A stretch of DNA of 64,000 nucleotides from Eledone cirrhosa (Eukaryota). The position numbers and the translations under genes were made by a program. Below are positions 11,531-23,989 of the stretch, piece after piece (within the stretch, counting starts at the first letter, position 1; every line of letters starts with the position of its first letter). The notes beneath the pieces were generated by a model that did not search any database, was not told where the DNA came from, and was given only the letters and a program-made list of their open reading frames with translations. Location of the stretch: assembly GCA_964016885.1 (NCBI GenBank), contig OZ024751.1, forward strand, positions 41,354,001-41,418,000, written 5' to 3'.

Positions 11531-12531
11531 GTTAAAATCTGGTCAGATACAGCCAGGTTAAGTTAAAATCTGGCCAGATACAGCCAGGTTAAGTTAAAAT
11601 CTGGCCAGATACAGCCAGGTTAAGTTAAAATCTGGCCAGATACAGCCAGGTTAAGTTAAAATCTGGCCAGATACAGCTGGTTTAAGTTAAAATCTGGCCA
11701 GATACAGCCAGGTTAAGTTAAAATCTGGCCAGATACAGCTGGTTTAAGTTAAAATCTGGCCAGATACAGCCAGGTTAAGTTAAAATCTGGCCAGATACAG
11801 CCAGGTTAAGTTAAAATCTGGCCAGATACAGCTGGTTTAAGTTAAAATCTGGCCAGATACAGCCAGGTTAAGTTAAAATCTGGCCAGATACAGCTGGTTT
11901 AAGTTAAAATCTGGCCAGATACAGCCAGGTTAAGTTAAAATCTGGCCAGATACAGCCAGGTTAAGTTAAAATCTGGCCAGATACAGCCAGGTTAAGTTAA
12001 AATCTGGCCAGATACAGCTGGTTTAAGTTAAAATCTGGTCAGATACAGCCAGGTTAAGTTAAAATCTGGTCAGATACAGCCAGGTTAAGTTAAAATCTGG
12101 TCAGATACAGCCAGGTTAAGTTAAAATCTGGCCAGATACAGCCAGGTTAAGTTAAAATCTGGCCAGATACAGCCAGGTTAAGTTAAAATCTGGCCAGATA
12201 CAGCCAGGTTAAGTTAAAATCTGGCCAGATACAGCTGGTTTAAGTTAAAATCTGGCCAGATACAGCTGGTTTAAGTTAAAATCTGGTCAGATACAGCCAG
12301 GTTAAGTTAAAATCTGGTCAGATACAGCCAGGTTAAGTTAAAATCTGGCCAGATACAGCCAGGTTAAGTTAAAATCTGGCCAGATACAGCCAGGTTAAGT
12401 TAAAATCTGGTCAGATACAGCCAGGTTAAGTTAAAATCTGGCCAGATACAGCCAGGTTAAGTTAAAATCTGGTCAGATACAGCCAGGTTAAGTTAAAATC
12501 TGGCCAGATACAGCCAGGTTAAGTTAAAATC
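11505..12531. repeat. 31-bp minisatellite (about 33 copies)
   Basis: Unit ATCTGGCCAGATACAGCCAGGTTAAGTTAAA, period 31. Confidence 0.95.
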
Positions 12532-12721
12532 TTTCAATATAATTCAATATAAAAACTTTATGTTACTATCTTAGTAACGAAATAATAAATCATTTTAGTA
12601 AATCATTCAAAATTCTTCATTAATAAATTGAAGTAGTGTATTATTTCACAAGAGATACAGCCGGGAAAGGGTTATAAAAGAAAAACAATAAATAACCAAA
12701 CTAGAAAGGATGTGAACTTAC

Positions 12722-12837
12722 GAGAGAATGTCTCCATCGATATGTAGCCTCTCACTTTGTACATGCCGAGGAGGTAAGGCAGGGGCATTCCTTGCCGGGG
12801 GATGACACCGGAGATTTTCAAAGATTACTTCCTCCAT
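12722..12837 (-). CDS. SPRYD3: SPRYD3 coding exon 1 (probable start; exon acceptor at 12867-12866)
   Basis: MEEVIFENLRCHPPARNAPALPPRHVQSERLHIDGDIL(S); gtaagt donor. Joined CDS is 1233 nt, 410 aa plus stop. The frame stays open for 28 nt upstream, so a longer N-terminus is possible. Confidence 0.85.
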
Positions 12838-13307
12838 TTTACACCTTGGTACTGCTTCCAAGATTCTGCAAGAATGAAACCCATTCTTTAACTTTTAACA
12901 TCCTGTAATGAATTAGCAGAAAATCTCTAAAGGAAAGGTTCGTTAATTTAAATGATGATAGAGTAGTTGAGATACTATAAACATTTAGAGTATCTTTACT
13001 AGTCTGTTCAATAGTAAAGATACTTTAAATGTTTATAGTGTCTCTACCAGTTAACAAGTCTGTCCACTAGTCATCATCATCATTTTTACATCCGCTTTTC
13101 CCTACTTGCAAGGGTGGTATATATATATACACACACACACACACATATACCTACATATACAAACATACACACACATATGTACATATACACACATATTTTA
13201 TATATATAATACAAATAATGGATAGACAAGCATGATGAAATTTACAACATTTTATTTGTCATATATATAGATGTGTGTATATATATATATTATGCATGAT
13301 GATGGTA

Positions 13308-13345
<38 letters not shown>

Positions 13346-13351
<6 letters not shown>

Positions 13352-13488
13352 AAAGTTCTATTTAAAATTGTTGGGACACAACAAGTAAATATTTTATAAC
13401 TGATATAAAGCACTTGACAAGCCTTTGGAGTAGATATACGATATTAAATAAATGGAAATATAGTTTCCATTTATTTAATATCGTATAT
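13346..13488 (-). mobile_element. Internally collapsed copy of the 44079-44489 (TA)n element
   Basis: Tail resembles the reverse complement of 44403-44489; arms reduced to TATACGATATTAAATAAATGGAAA / TTTCCATTTATTTAATATCGTATA. Confidence 0.8.
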
Positions 13489-14234
13489 ATATATATATAT
13501 ATATACACACTCACACACACATACCATCATCATCATCATTTTTACTTGCACTTTTCCATGCAGGTGGCATGGAGTGTACAGGATTTTTACAGCCAGGGTC
13601 CTTACCCAATGTCAATCCTTTTAGTTACCTCTTACAACACAGGTACACATGTACTTATTCTGAATATTGGAATACCTACATCAACTCTTCTAGTTGCTTC
13701 TTACAACACACAGGGATACAGTGTACCTATTCTGAAAACCGATATATTTATGCAATCAGTTGATGTTTTCATAACAGGATTGACTTTATAAATCAATTGA
13801 GGAGATGATGTAGGTTCTCCAAAATTGTAATTTTGCCCAAATAAACATGATGTAATAGTAAACATGATAGTAACATAGACTAATGTTACTATATATAACA
13901 GAAATTGTAGCTGCCGCATGCAGTGAGAACTAAAGTGGTTATTTCTGCTGCAGCTTTAGAAGGGTTTAACTTCCTTACACCCAGCCAAGTTGTAGCTGAT
14001 GAAATAACAAAGTTAAAGATTAAAACTAATCTTCAAGTATTCATCATCATCATCATCATCATCATTGTATGTCTGGTCTTCCACACTTGCATGGGTTGGA
14101 AGGGTCCTTCTCAGTACAGCATCTCTCCACTTGCCGAGTTCGTTTGTTATCTCCTCAATGAGCTTTAGCAATCTGAGATCAGTTCTCACCACTTCCATCC
14201 AGGTCTTCCTTAGTCAATCAATATCATATCAATA

Positions 14235-14435
14235 TCTTCTTCTTCTTCTTTGCCTACTTATTCCAGAGAGGGTTGTGTCCTCAAACACTCCTTCCAACGG
14301 GTCCTGTCAGAAGCAACCATCTCCAACTGATCCAGCTAGATCCCCAAGCAAGAACAGCCAAGCTCATAGATGTTATCCAACCATCTGGCTTGGGGTCTAC
14401 CTCTGGGTCTCCAGCCAGTTGCTTTTGCCCATAAA
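14235..14435 (-). mobile_element. 3' end of a second RTE-like LINE family (related pieces at about 25900-26045, 30020-30110 and 62163-62386)
   Basis: Minus strand reads RPRGRPQARWLDNI...DQLEMVASDRTRWKECL, followed by a (GAA)n tail. Confidence 0.75.
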
Positions 14436-14581
14436 ATCAATATCCTTAACTAATTCAATAACAGTGACTGATTGCTTCCCCTGTTTCCCTGAAGGGGTTG
14501 GTAGTTGGTTCAGAGCAGAATTCTTGCACAGAACTACAATTGACTGTGGTTTACCGTTTGCTCCAATATTCCTTAAGATGC

Positions 14582-14907
14582 TTCAATTTTATCGACTCCA
14601 TAAAGATGAAAGGCAAAGCTATCCTCGGCAGGATTTGAACTCAGAACGTAAAGGGATGTAACTCTATGCTGTGAAGCATGGTATCCGACACACTCTACCA
14701 ATACTGCTAATCCAGCACCTTTATAATAATTGTTTCTACTTTTGGCACAAGGCCAGCAATTACCCAGTGCATTACTGGTACTTTATTTTATCGACCCCAT
14801 ATGGATGAAAGGCAAAGTTAACCTCGGTGGGATTTGAACTCAGACCATAAAGGGCCGTAACTCTTTGCTGCAAAGCATGGCGCCTGATCCTCTACCGATA
14901 CTGCCAA
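14582..14907 (-). mobile_element. Two tandem tRNA-derived SINE copies
   Basis: Reverse complements of the 46133 SINE (GATTTGAACTCAG, GATGAAAGGCAAAG). Confidence 0.85.
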
Positions 14908-17819
14908 AATAGTTTCTGATTTAGTCACTAGGCCAACAAATATGGGGGAAGTTTAAATTTGATTAAATCAACTTGACATTTTCCTTCATTTCATCATTAA
15001 ATATATTTTCCATATTCTGCTTTGAAACTTGCCCAAGAGTTCACTGCTATCCTCCAAGTTACATCACCATTCCATCATGTTCCTCAATGTTTCTGTTAAG
15101 ACAGACAATTACGAGTGCCTTTGTTTTACCTAACACTCAACTAACTTTCTCAATGAGATACACTTGACATTCTTCAAGAACATTAGTGATGGTTACTCTA
15201 ACCTTCTTTCTTCATTATCATCAGCTTTGACATCGAAATTCTTCCAGCCTGTCTGTTTATCATGTTACAATCTACCAAGATATTTTTTGGCGCTGTGCCA
15301 TCATTTCTCAGCTTTTCTATAAACTCTATTGAAGTTCTCTTCAAGTTTTTTCTAAATCAGATATGCTATCAAATGGGTCACCATTTTTCTTGCTTGTTAT
15401 CTCAGAACCAACACTAACTTCCACTGGACATGTGCAGTCATCTTTTAGAACTATTTTGAAGTTGTAAAATATATGCATGTATGTGTGTATGTATGAGCAA
15501 GACTCAGTCACCTGATCCAACTTGTCTCTATTAGACCAACTTTGTGAAGTCGTCGGCATTAGGAAGAACATCCAGCTGTAGAAACCATACCAAAAGTTCC
15601 ACATGTTGTTCTACATGGTCTTTGGCTTGCTAGAAATAGCAGCCAACTCCTCCAAAAAATGCACCCTATTGTCTTGAAAAAGAAAGCCAAGGTGACAAAA
15701 AGCACTCAGTCCATGCTGTAACGTGGTTGGCATTAGAAAGGGCATCCAGCCACGGAAACGAAACCAAAAAACAAATCCATATGAGCCATACATGATTACT
15801 TGACCTGTTACATAACGTGATAGATAACCCGTCTAACCCATGCAAGCAGTGCTGGATTTAGGACAAACGAAGCCCTGTGCTAATTAAGTTATGAGGCCCC
15901 TTACTTGGGACCTGAAGAAGATAAAAAAAAATTGTTCACAGGAAGATGACCCCCTTGGCCAACGGTACCCTGCGTTTAAGCACACCTAAGCACAATGGTA
16001 AATCTGGTTCTGCATGGAACCATGATAATGATGACGATGATGATAGTTCTATAAAAAATCCATTTAGTATAACTCGTGCCACCCATCTCTCACTCCATCG
16101 ACTTTTCTGTGTCCTATTTCCAATATCTTACACGATGTCTTTTAGTCAAGCCTATCTGGGTCAAACTGTATATTTCTCAGTTAATGTTTCCTTTCAACTA
16201 CTGACCTTCAAAAGTTTCAAAAACGCGAAATCTCGACCCAGTTCAACCCCGGACAAGAGAAGAGGTCGGAATATGGAGGTTGGAGGTTGTGAGTTTTATC
16301 ATTCAATCAGAGACGAAGTTTATTTTCAAATGTATCAGTGCATATATATATATATATATATATACGTACGTTTGTGTGTGTTTGTCAGTGTGTGCATGTG
16401 TGTGTGTGTTTATGTGTACACGCGCACGCGTGTGTGTATGTATGTGTGAATGTGTTTGGATGTATGTTTCTGTGTGTGTGTGTGATTTTGGATGTGTTTG
16501 TGTTTCGATTGTGTTTGTATATTTGCATGTGTTAGTATGTGCACGTAAATATGTGTACGTCTGTAAGCCTCGCTCCGTGCAAAGTTGGTAACAGGTTCAG
16601 GTCAAACGTGAAATATAACACTCCCCCACCACCACCACCACCACTTCAAACTGATAATTAAATATTTTAGTATTCAGTGCTAAATACACACGAATCATGC
16701 ATGGGTTATGGTTATATGCATTAACGTCTAGCATACATGATGTACTTAATGAGAGAGAGAGAGAGTACAAGAACTAGAATTCGTGGTGAGTGGAGCCTCC
16801 TTAAAATCGCAGGGGTTTGCCAGTTGGCACACATGGCCCCGTCTATAGTTTGACCTGTATATGTCTAATACTAGAAGTGCAGATGTTAGTCTATGAGAAA
16901 TTTCAAGTGAGTGTATGTATATATGTCAATAGACTAAGAACGTCGATGAGGCTCCACGAAATCCAGCGTAGGTGTTTTAAAGATTTTCATTTTACGATGT
17001 GTTTCCAGCCAGTTTCGATAGCATTGCTGATTATAACTGTTGTTTTGGTGCTACTTACAACAGTTCTTACATTCTTACATAAATGCAGCATTCCGTGTTT
17101 AAAAGCGAAGAACAAATAAAATTTCGAGATTTTCGTGTCTATTCCATTAGCAGCAATATAAAAGAGGAATATAGTAATATATAATAAACACACACACACG
17201 CAAATAGTTTGGCGTGTTCAGACATGAGGTGGTACAGAATTACCATCTATAAATATAAAACTATGCATCCAAGAGGAACAAAAAAAAAAATACGCAAAAG
17301 AATTACCATAAGAGAATGGGGGAGATAGTAAGAAAGTGAGACGGGGTAGGAGACAGGCAAACACCTGACTTCACTTGTCTATGTGTCGGTATTTAACTTA
17401 ATAGCTATCTATAGATTCTTATTCAATCATCTCGTATGTGTCTGTTATACAGAAAATATCTTGTACACTATGTCTATACCATTCTCGATAGTAAATAACC
17501 AGAACGAATTAGTTGGATTTTAAATAAATTTGTTAGCTGGTTTGTTTATGCGTGTTGGCGTGTCTTACGACTGTTAGCATACATAGCTTTAGACTAAGTT
17601 ACTATTAAAGACAACAAAAAGAGTAATTTAAATAGAAAATATTTTTGTTATAGCCTGAGAAATAGTGTCACGTATACGACACATGGCGTTGTGACCAAAG
17701 TGTTATTTATTTTTTACACGAGGTATAGCCAAAACACAGTTCCACCAGCACAAACTACACACAAACAAATTGGAGCGATTTAAGTTGATAAGAGAGTATA
17801 ATGAGTAATATCTTCTTAC

Positions 17820-17877
17820 CTGAATTTGCCAAAATAATAAACCCAGTCAAGATTCCATTGGAAATATTTATATGATG
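17820..17877 (-). other. Candidate upstream (probably 5' UTR) exon of SPRYD3
   Basis: Strong donor CAG|GTAAGA at 17820/17819 and a pyrimidine-rich possible acceptor (...ccccaccccag) near 17878; no transcript evidence. Confidence 0.3.
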
Positions 17878-18404
17878 CTGGGGTGGGGACCAAAATAGAA
17901 ACAATAACAAAACAAAACAAAAATATCTATTGGTATCGATTCACATTTCTTCCTAACGATACTGTGTTGTTGTTATCTATATTTATATTTAATATTTGTC
18001 AGCTCGAAATTGTTGATAGCGACAGCGTTGACATTTATTTACAATACACAAATGTTTACGTAGCTTTTAAGATGTGTAGATTATTTAAGTTTGTATTAGT
18101 CATGTTTATAAAACAGTGTAATCCAAGAACTAATGCCACACGTCAGATATTACAGTTGCCGCCTCTGCAACTCTTCTTAATCTGTACTTTAATTGTTTTT
18201 CACTCAGTGGTTGTCTTCTCCTTGTTATTTATTTCAATTCATCGCCTTTATTATTCACTTTGCTTTGCTTTACTTTACTTTTCGTCCTTTATTCTTCTTT
18301 TCTGCGCACACTCTTTCATTATCATCATCATCATCATCTTCGTTTAACGTCCATTTTCCACGCTAGCATGGGTTAGTATATAAATAGTATATGGGTTAGT
18401 ATAT

Positions 18405-18627
18405 AAATACTCTGATCTGTCGGCTAGCTACATTTTTCAGCCTGTGGCTTTCGAGATGTTTGGGGAAGTCAGGGCCACTGACTGCGAGGTTCCTTTCCTC
18501 ACTGGCGGCTCGCCTAATAGATGTGACTGGCGGATCTCGCGAGGATGCTTGGCTGTTTCAGCACTTCAGCCTCGCCATTACCCGAGGCAAGACTGCGAGT
18601 GTGCTGGCTTGCCTCAAAAGTCATTAG
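18405..18627 (+). mobile_element. C-terminal fragment of a CRE-like (restriction-like endonuclease) non-LTR retrotransposon, one frameshift
   Basis: KYSDLSASYIFQPVAFEMFGEV/PLTARFLSSLAARLIDVTGGSREDAWLFQHFSLAITRGKTASVLACL* fits the F.PVA.E..G...LFQRLS.A..RGN..S pattern. Confidence 0.75.
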
Positions 18628-18804
18628 AGAGGTTGCCCAGTACTCCTCGTTGCTGTCTTTTGCTCTGGTGTTGGCTCCGTTGTTCACCCCTTCCTTTACA
18701 TTTTCTTTAATATTGTAGCATTGAAGGAATATATTTTTCACTGTATAATCCTTTTTAGTGTTACCGAGGCATTTGTAGTGTTATTTATGTATATATTTAA
18801 AACA

Positions 18805-18850
<46 letters not shown>

Positions 18851-18875
18851 TGTAATAAACAACATAAGATAATTA

Positions 18876-18935
18876 TTTCATTTACTAGTGGTTTCTTGAA
18901 AGCAACCAAAATTGCTTTCATTCATCAGAATGAAA
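18876..18935 (-). ncRNA. Minimal type I hammerhead ribozyme motif in (TA)n element 18845-19050
   Basis: tttcatt-CTGATGA-a-tgaaagcaa(ttttgg)ttgctttca-a-GAAA-ccactag-TA-aatgaaa; 7-bp stem I, 9-bp stem II. Confidence 0.7.
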
Positions 18936-19089
18936 AAATCCTGGTAAAGGAAATAATTATCTTATGTTGTTTATTACATAACTAATAAGCTCTGTAACTT
19001 ACATAGAGCACTCTTTTTTCCTGGACCTTTCCGACGGAATTACTTCATTTATATATATATAGTTTGGATAGGACTACCTATGAAAACTC

Positions 19090-19177
19090 TCATATCTGAA
19101 GAAGTATCGATTAAGAGTCTGTATCCGATCGCATGATCAAACCCGAACTGATCGATATAGAAACAATTGTGATATGA
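19090..19177 (+). ncRNA. Degenerate minimal hammerhead motif (UH site reads UG)
   Basis: tcatat-CTGAAGA-[tatcgat...atcgata]-GAAA-CAATTG-TG-atatga, followed by AATAAA and (TA)n. Confidence 0.55.
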
Positions 19178-19212
19178 AATAAAGTTTACAAAAAGCTGTA
19201 ATTCTTATTGTC

Positions 19213-19261
<49 letters not shown>

Positions 19262-19655
19262 TTAGTTTTCTTAACTCTCCCCCTTCTATCTACTCCTTCG
19301 TTCTTCTTCTTGTGGGGGTCAGCACTTCTTTTTCCAACATCACCTTCCTTTCTCAGCCAAAAGGCAACGATGTGAGTTTCATGATGAACTAGGATCAAAG
19401 GCGTAACTAGGTTGAGTAGCGCCTATGGCAAACAGTGAAATTGCACGCCTGCCCAAACACGAGGTATGCTTACTGTGGGCCTAATAATTTATTAAATGAT
19501 TTAATGATCCAGCCACCATAGTGCTTCTCACCCATGATAATCAAAGACAAATCATACGCCCGAAGAAGTTTTTTTTTTCGATCTCCGACAATAACTTATC
19601 TGACTTTAAGAGAAAGTGTTCTTAGTCCAAGTGGCGTCCATGGAACATGCCATGC

Positions 19656-19841
19656 TTACCATATTCTACACCGCTGTCTTGGACAATAGCCGAACAATGG
19701 CTGTTTGACAAAACTCCACAAGTCAGCAATGCATGGACACGGGACAAATGCGTGCAGAATGCAATTATCACTATGTGTACATTTCGGACAGATCCGTGTG
19801 ACAGCAATTCTGTGTCTGTAAAGTATGTATCGAACCAGCAT
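19656..19841 (-). mobile_element. L1/Tx1-like LINE fragment (C-terminal zinc-binding region)
   Basis: LYRHRIAVTRICPKCTHSDNCILHAFVPCPCIADLW has the C-x2-C-x7-H-x4-C-x6-W spacing of L1/Tx1 ORF2 C-termini. Confidence 0.55.
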
Positions 19842-21451
19842 TGCCCTCAGGCCAGGGTCTCTGAAAATTATCTATAACCCTCAGGTCAAAATCCCCCAGG
19901 GAACAGACAAGACACTTCATCATAGTCGACACTTAGAGTTTCCACTAAGAACATCATCACTCTTATCCACCACTAGTATTCGGAGGGATTTGAACTCAGA
20001 GTGTAAAAGGTCGTATTTATATGCAGCAAAGCATGTTGTCCGATACTCTACCGATACTACCAATCCAATCGTTAACGGAGAAAGAGAGAATGAAGGAGGA
20101 TTAAGAATTATAGTTGACACTAGCTATTCATTTTCTAGATGTCATCTTAAATTTATATTTAGATACGAATAAATTCTACTTCACTACAAATTAAAATTTT
20201 TAAAAAGCTAACTACGTGGTCTTGAATATGTGTCGCATTTTAGATAAACTAAAATATGACTAATGCAAGGGAAATAACTCTGCAAATAAACCGGAACTGA
20301 ATTTAGTGTATCACCGCTTGTCCTATATTTAGTTTACAAGCATGTATAAACAGAAAGTGTTATGTCAAAAGTAAGTCCTTTCATTTATTTTCTGTTTATC
20401 AATTATATATATATATATATAAATGTGTTAAACATGTTCCAAATTATACATATATACGTGTTTATATATACAAACATGTATAACATATTTTAAAATATTT
20501 ACTTTTTTAAAACTATTTCTTTATTAAATTACATTTCATTATAATTCTCAACATCAAAACATTTTCCCCGTCAAAATTATTTATGACTTCGTTAAACCTA
20601 AACTTCCCATCAACATTTTCTCATAGAATTATTTACCATACATGTTTTATGTAGTAAATTAAACATGATAAGAGTAAGTAAACATAAAATATATCACACA
20701 TTCGCTTTGTTTCACGACATATCTCTTTCATGGAGTTTATTCGATACTTCTTCCTAATTATTCTGCATTTCAAGTTCAAAACAAGCGTCTTATAAATCAC
20801 ATAATTTCAACATTAAAAGAATATATCCTTCTGAAAGAATCGCGAACAATTTATAATGTTATCTAAGCATTTGTAATGTTATTTATATATATATTTAAAA
20901 CATATTTGTTATGTTATTCTACAATAAATTTATTTATATGCTTTTTACAATCACATAATTAAATCTAATGTTGCCCCTGATTTTGTTTCGACATAACATC
21001 CTTCACATGGCATGGGTCAACCAACGAAACTTATCAAAGTTATCCATATTGTGAGCTACACTCGTCTTGCAATTGATGAGTAATTAGTTAATTTGTTGTT
21101 TTTTTCTATTTTTTCCCCCCGTTTTCAACGAATCTGACTCCCCAAACCCATCGGAAAAAGGGTTGGTTGGTGGGTGGGTGAGAGGGAAGTACCCTCGGAG
21201 TTTTAGATCTTTACACCACTGCTTTATCTTCCGTTTCTTGAATAACGAGGCGAGTTTTGGAGGCTAGATTCATTGAAAACACACACACAAAAAAAAACGA
21301 GAAAAAAAAGTACCGTAAATACTCGAATTTAAGCTGATTCGAATATAAGTCAACCCCCACTATTTTATGACTGAGAAATGGCTAAAAACCAACCAGCATT
21401 CTTTTATAAGCCGAGGCAATTTAGTCAACAACACATTACCTGGAACTTTCA

Positions 21452-22643
21452 CAGAACTTTCAACTCACCCATCCACTTTGGGGTGGGTGAAAGATGTCGG
21501 TCACTACAACGGAATTGGCTGTCAGAAGTGAAAGTAAAAGAATGTGACGTCACGTATTTGCAACTTAATACCTCTTGGAAAATTACGTGGTTATTTGGTA
21601 CTTATTGGACATCAATACGAGAAGCAGTTATAATTATTAAACTACGGATGTTGAATTTATTTTCTTAATCCTGTATGTTATTAAAAGGTTCCCGAGTAGT
21701 ACAGTAAATTAAAGCCTTTACGAACGGAACTATGCAATGAAAGTATTTTAAATAAGTGTATCTCATCGTAAACGTATCTCTTAGAAATTCATAAATGGCT
21801 GTGTAAACCCTTACATTTTAAAACAAAATTACAAACCAATTATGTGGTCATTGAAGTTGCTAGAAGTAGCAGGCAAATCTTATACCCTCTACCACATTAA
21901 AAAAAGAAAGAACGAAAACGGGAGTAACTCGTTAATATTTATTGAAATATTCGAAGCGTTACTGCTTCGGACGTGATAAGGAAATTATATAGAGAATTTT
22001 AAATATTTCGAAAGCACAAGCAATCGTCAAGGACTTTATATACTAGTTCCTTTCTTTCTGTGTTCGTGGCAGCTGAGTATCAACCATCCATAAATAATAT
22101 TTACCCGTTAAGAATCTCAATGGGGAAAATTTTCTTCAATTTCTGCCAGTATTACAAAACAAGGTTATCTTGTAGTTACCCGCGTTAAATTGTTTTTTTT
22201 TAAAGAAAGTCGGTAGTGACGGCCCCATGAACTTCATTTGTTTTCTAATTTGATAACTATGATTATGAAATAAAAAGCGTGGTTATATGGAAACAAATCG
22301 ATTACGCTAAACGTTAATAAACATAAATAAGTTGCAAATACGTGTATTATCCCAAAGTGAAAAACCAAGTTTTGCATCAACGTGGTGATTTCAAAGTTTA
22401 TTTATTTACACATGGTGGTGGTGGTGATACGGAAATAAAGAGAAGGTTGACGAATGACGTCACATTCTTCTACTTTCACTTCTGACAGCCAATTCCGTTG
22501 TAGTGCCGAGATGTCTTCTCTCGTGAAAATGAGCATAGCTTTCATTATGTAAAATCTCCCCATTATGCCTCAATTTTTCCCCGTTTTGGGGCTCTTTTTT
22601 CATGGTACTCCCTCGTTTGGGTTTTTAGAAGTTGATAGGTCAG
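21452..22643 (+). mobile_element. MITE of the 41449-41624 family, split by a nested insertion
   Basis: 21452-21498 joined to 22508-22643 is colinear with 41449-41624. Confidence 0.75.
21499..22507. mobile_element. About 1.0-kb non-autonomous DNA transposon with about 53-bp TIRs and an 8-bp TSD
   Basis: TIR GG(T)CACTACAACGGAATTGGCTGTCAGAAGTGAAAGTA..GAATGTGACGTCA at both ends; flanks AAGATGTC and GAGATGTC. Confidence 0.85.
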
Positions 22644-22721
22644 CGTTCAGATAAAACACTTCAAAGCAGAGTGTTGAAGTCAATATTGAGCAGTATCTAA
22701 GAAAAACAAAACATACTATTA

Positions 22722-22866
22722 AGGTGGATTGGCAGTATCGGTAGAGGGTCGGACACCATTCTGAGTTCAAATCCCGCCGAGGTTAACTTTGCCTTTCATC
22801 CTTACGGGGTCGATAAAATAAAGTACCAGTAATGCACTGGGATAATTGCTGGCCTTGTGCCAAAAG
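22722..22866 (+). mobile_element. tRNA-derived SINE (internally deleted)
   Basis: TGGCAGTATCGG A box, GAGTTCAAATC B box, CCTTTCATCCTTACGGGGTCGATAAAA core. Confidence 0.85.
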
Positions 22867-23117
22867 GGAACAGAAAAGCAAGAAGGAGAAAAAGAAAAAA
22901 GAAATTGAAAAGGAAAGAAGGACCAAGCAATGAGAGAAAGGGGGAGGGAGAGTCAATATATCCTAGTCTGTGCGGTGCCTTGACCACACTCCGCAGACAA
23001 AATGGCAAAAGCGTTGCCGCAGAGAATGTCCAGAGACACCTGCTGCAACAACCACTCCACCGAGCTCCCACAGTTATGAGTGGAGAAAATATTTGCAAAA
23101 GTTTAATATTTTGATAT

Positions 23118-23323
23118 TTAACCCTTTAGCATTTAAAGTGGCTGTATCCGGCCAGAATTCTCTCCCCGCTTTCTGTTCAAACAGCTGCTCATACTGACGT
23201 TAAGGTATTGTTCTGAAAATAAATAATATAAAAATTTCATAGATTTGATATTATGTGAGATAAGGCCTTTACCAGAAAAATACAATAGTAATTATAGAGT
23301 AATGTAAAATGCTAAAGGGTTAA
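23118..23323. mobile_element. piggyBac-like MITE
   Basis: TTAA-CCCTTTAGCATTT...AAATGCTAAAGGG-TTAA. Confidence 0.85.
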
Positions 23324-23769
23324 AATATTTTAAGAGTTGTTTAGAATATAGACAAAAGATTGAAGAAATAGGTATAATTAAGTCACAGAGATTAAACAGT
23401 GGGTGTGTGTATAGGGGATATTTATGTAATAAAAAGTTCAAATAATAAAGGGCAGTGCATAAATGAAACTCATGATGATATAGTAAATGTAGAAAAACAG
23501 TGTTTCATTGTGAAATCATCAATTCGGAACCTTATTTACATAGAATTCCAAGTTGATGAAACTTGTCAAAATATTGACCCCCGAATATAAGTAGCCCCCC
23601 CCCCCCCCCCCCCCCCCCCCACCACCACACACACACACTTTGCCATCAAGTATTTTGTCACTTATTCCTCTGCTTACATTCGGATATATACAGTATTTTC
23701 CTATCAAACGTGAAGCCAGTGTAGATCTATAGATTTTTTTTCCTATTTCATAACAAAATTTTGCAGGAC

Positions 23770-23961
23770 TATGAAGGTCAGCTGAAAAGTGCATAGGCTG
23801 ACTCTGAAGGAGTGATGCAAGAGCTATGAAATCTTGCATGCATTAATTTGAACTCTTTTTATTGTTTCTTTCTAGAGACTATGTTGAAAAGATAAACTTC
23901 TATTTGGTCATTCCATGAGAGTATCTTGGTCAACCTATGAACTTTTCAGCCAGCCCCTGTA
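23770..23961. mobile_element. Mariner-type MITE (TA-flanked)
   Basis: Imperfect TIRs GAAGGTCAGCTGAAAAGTGCATAGG / CCTATGAACTTTTCAGCCAGCCCC; same body at 38100, 42457 and 63241. Confidence 0.75.
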
Positions 23962-23989
23962 CATTGGATGAAAAGAAAAGAGAAAAGTA

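Noticed and set aside
23399-23590. 63-aa ORF as an upstream exon of the orphan gene
   Set aside because: Bounded by stops, no usable donor, and the frame before ATG 23990 is closed at 23969.
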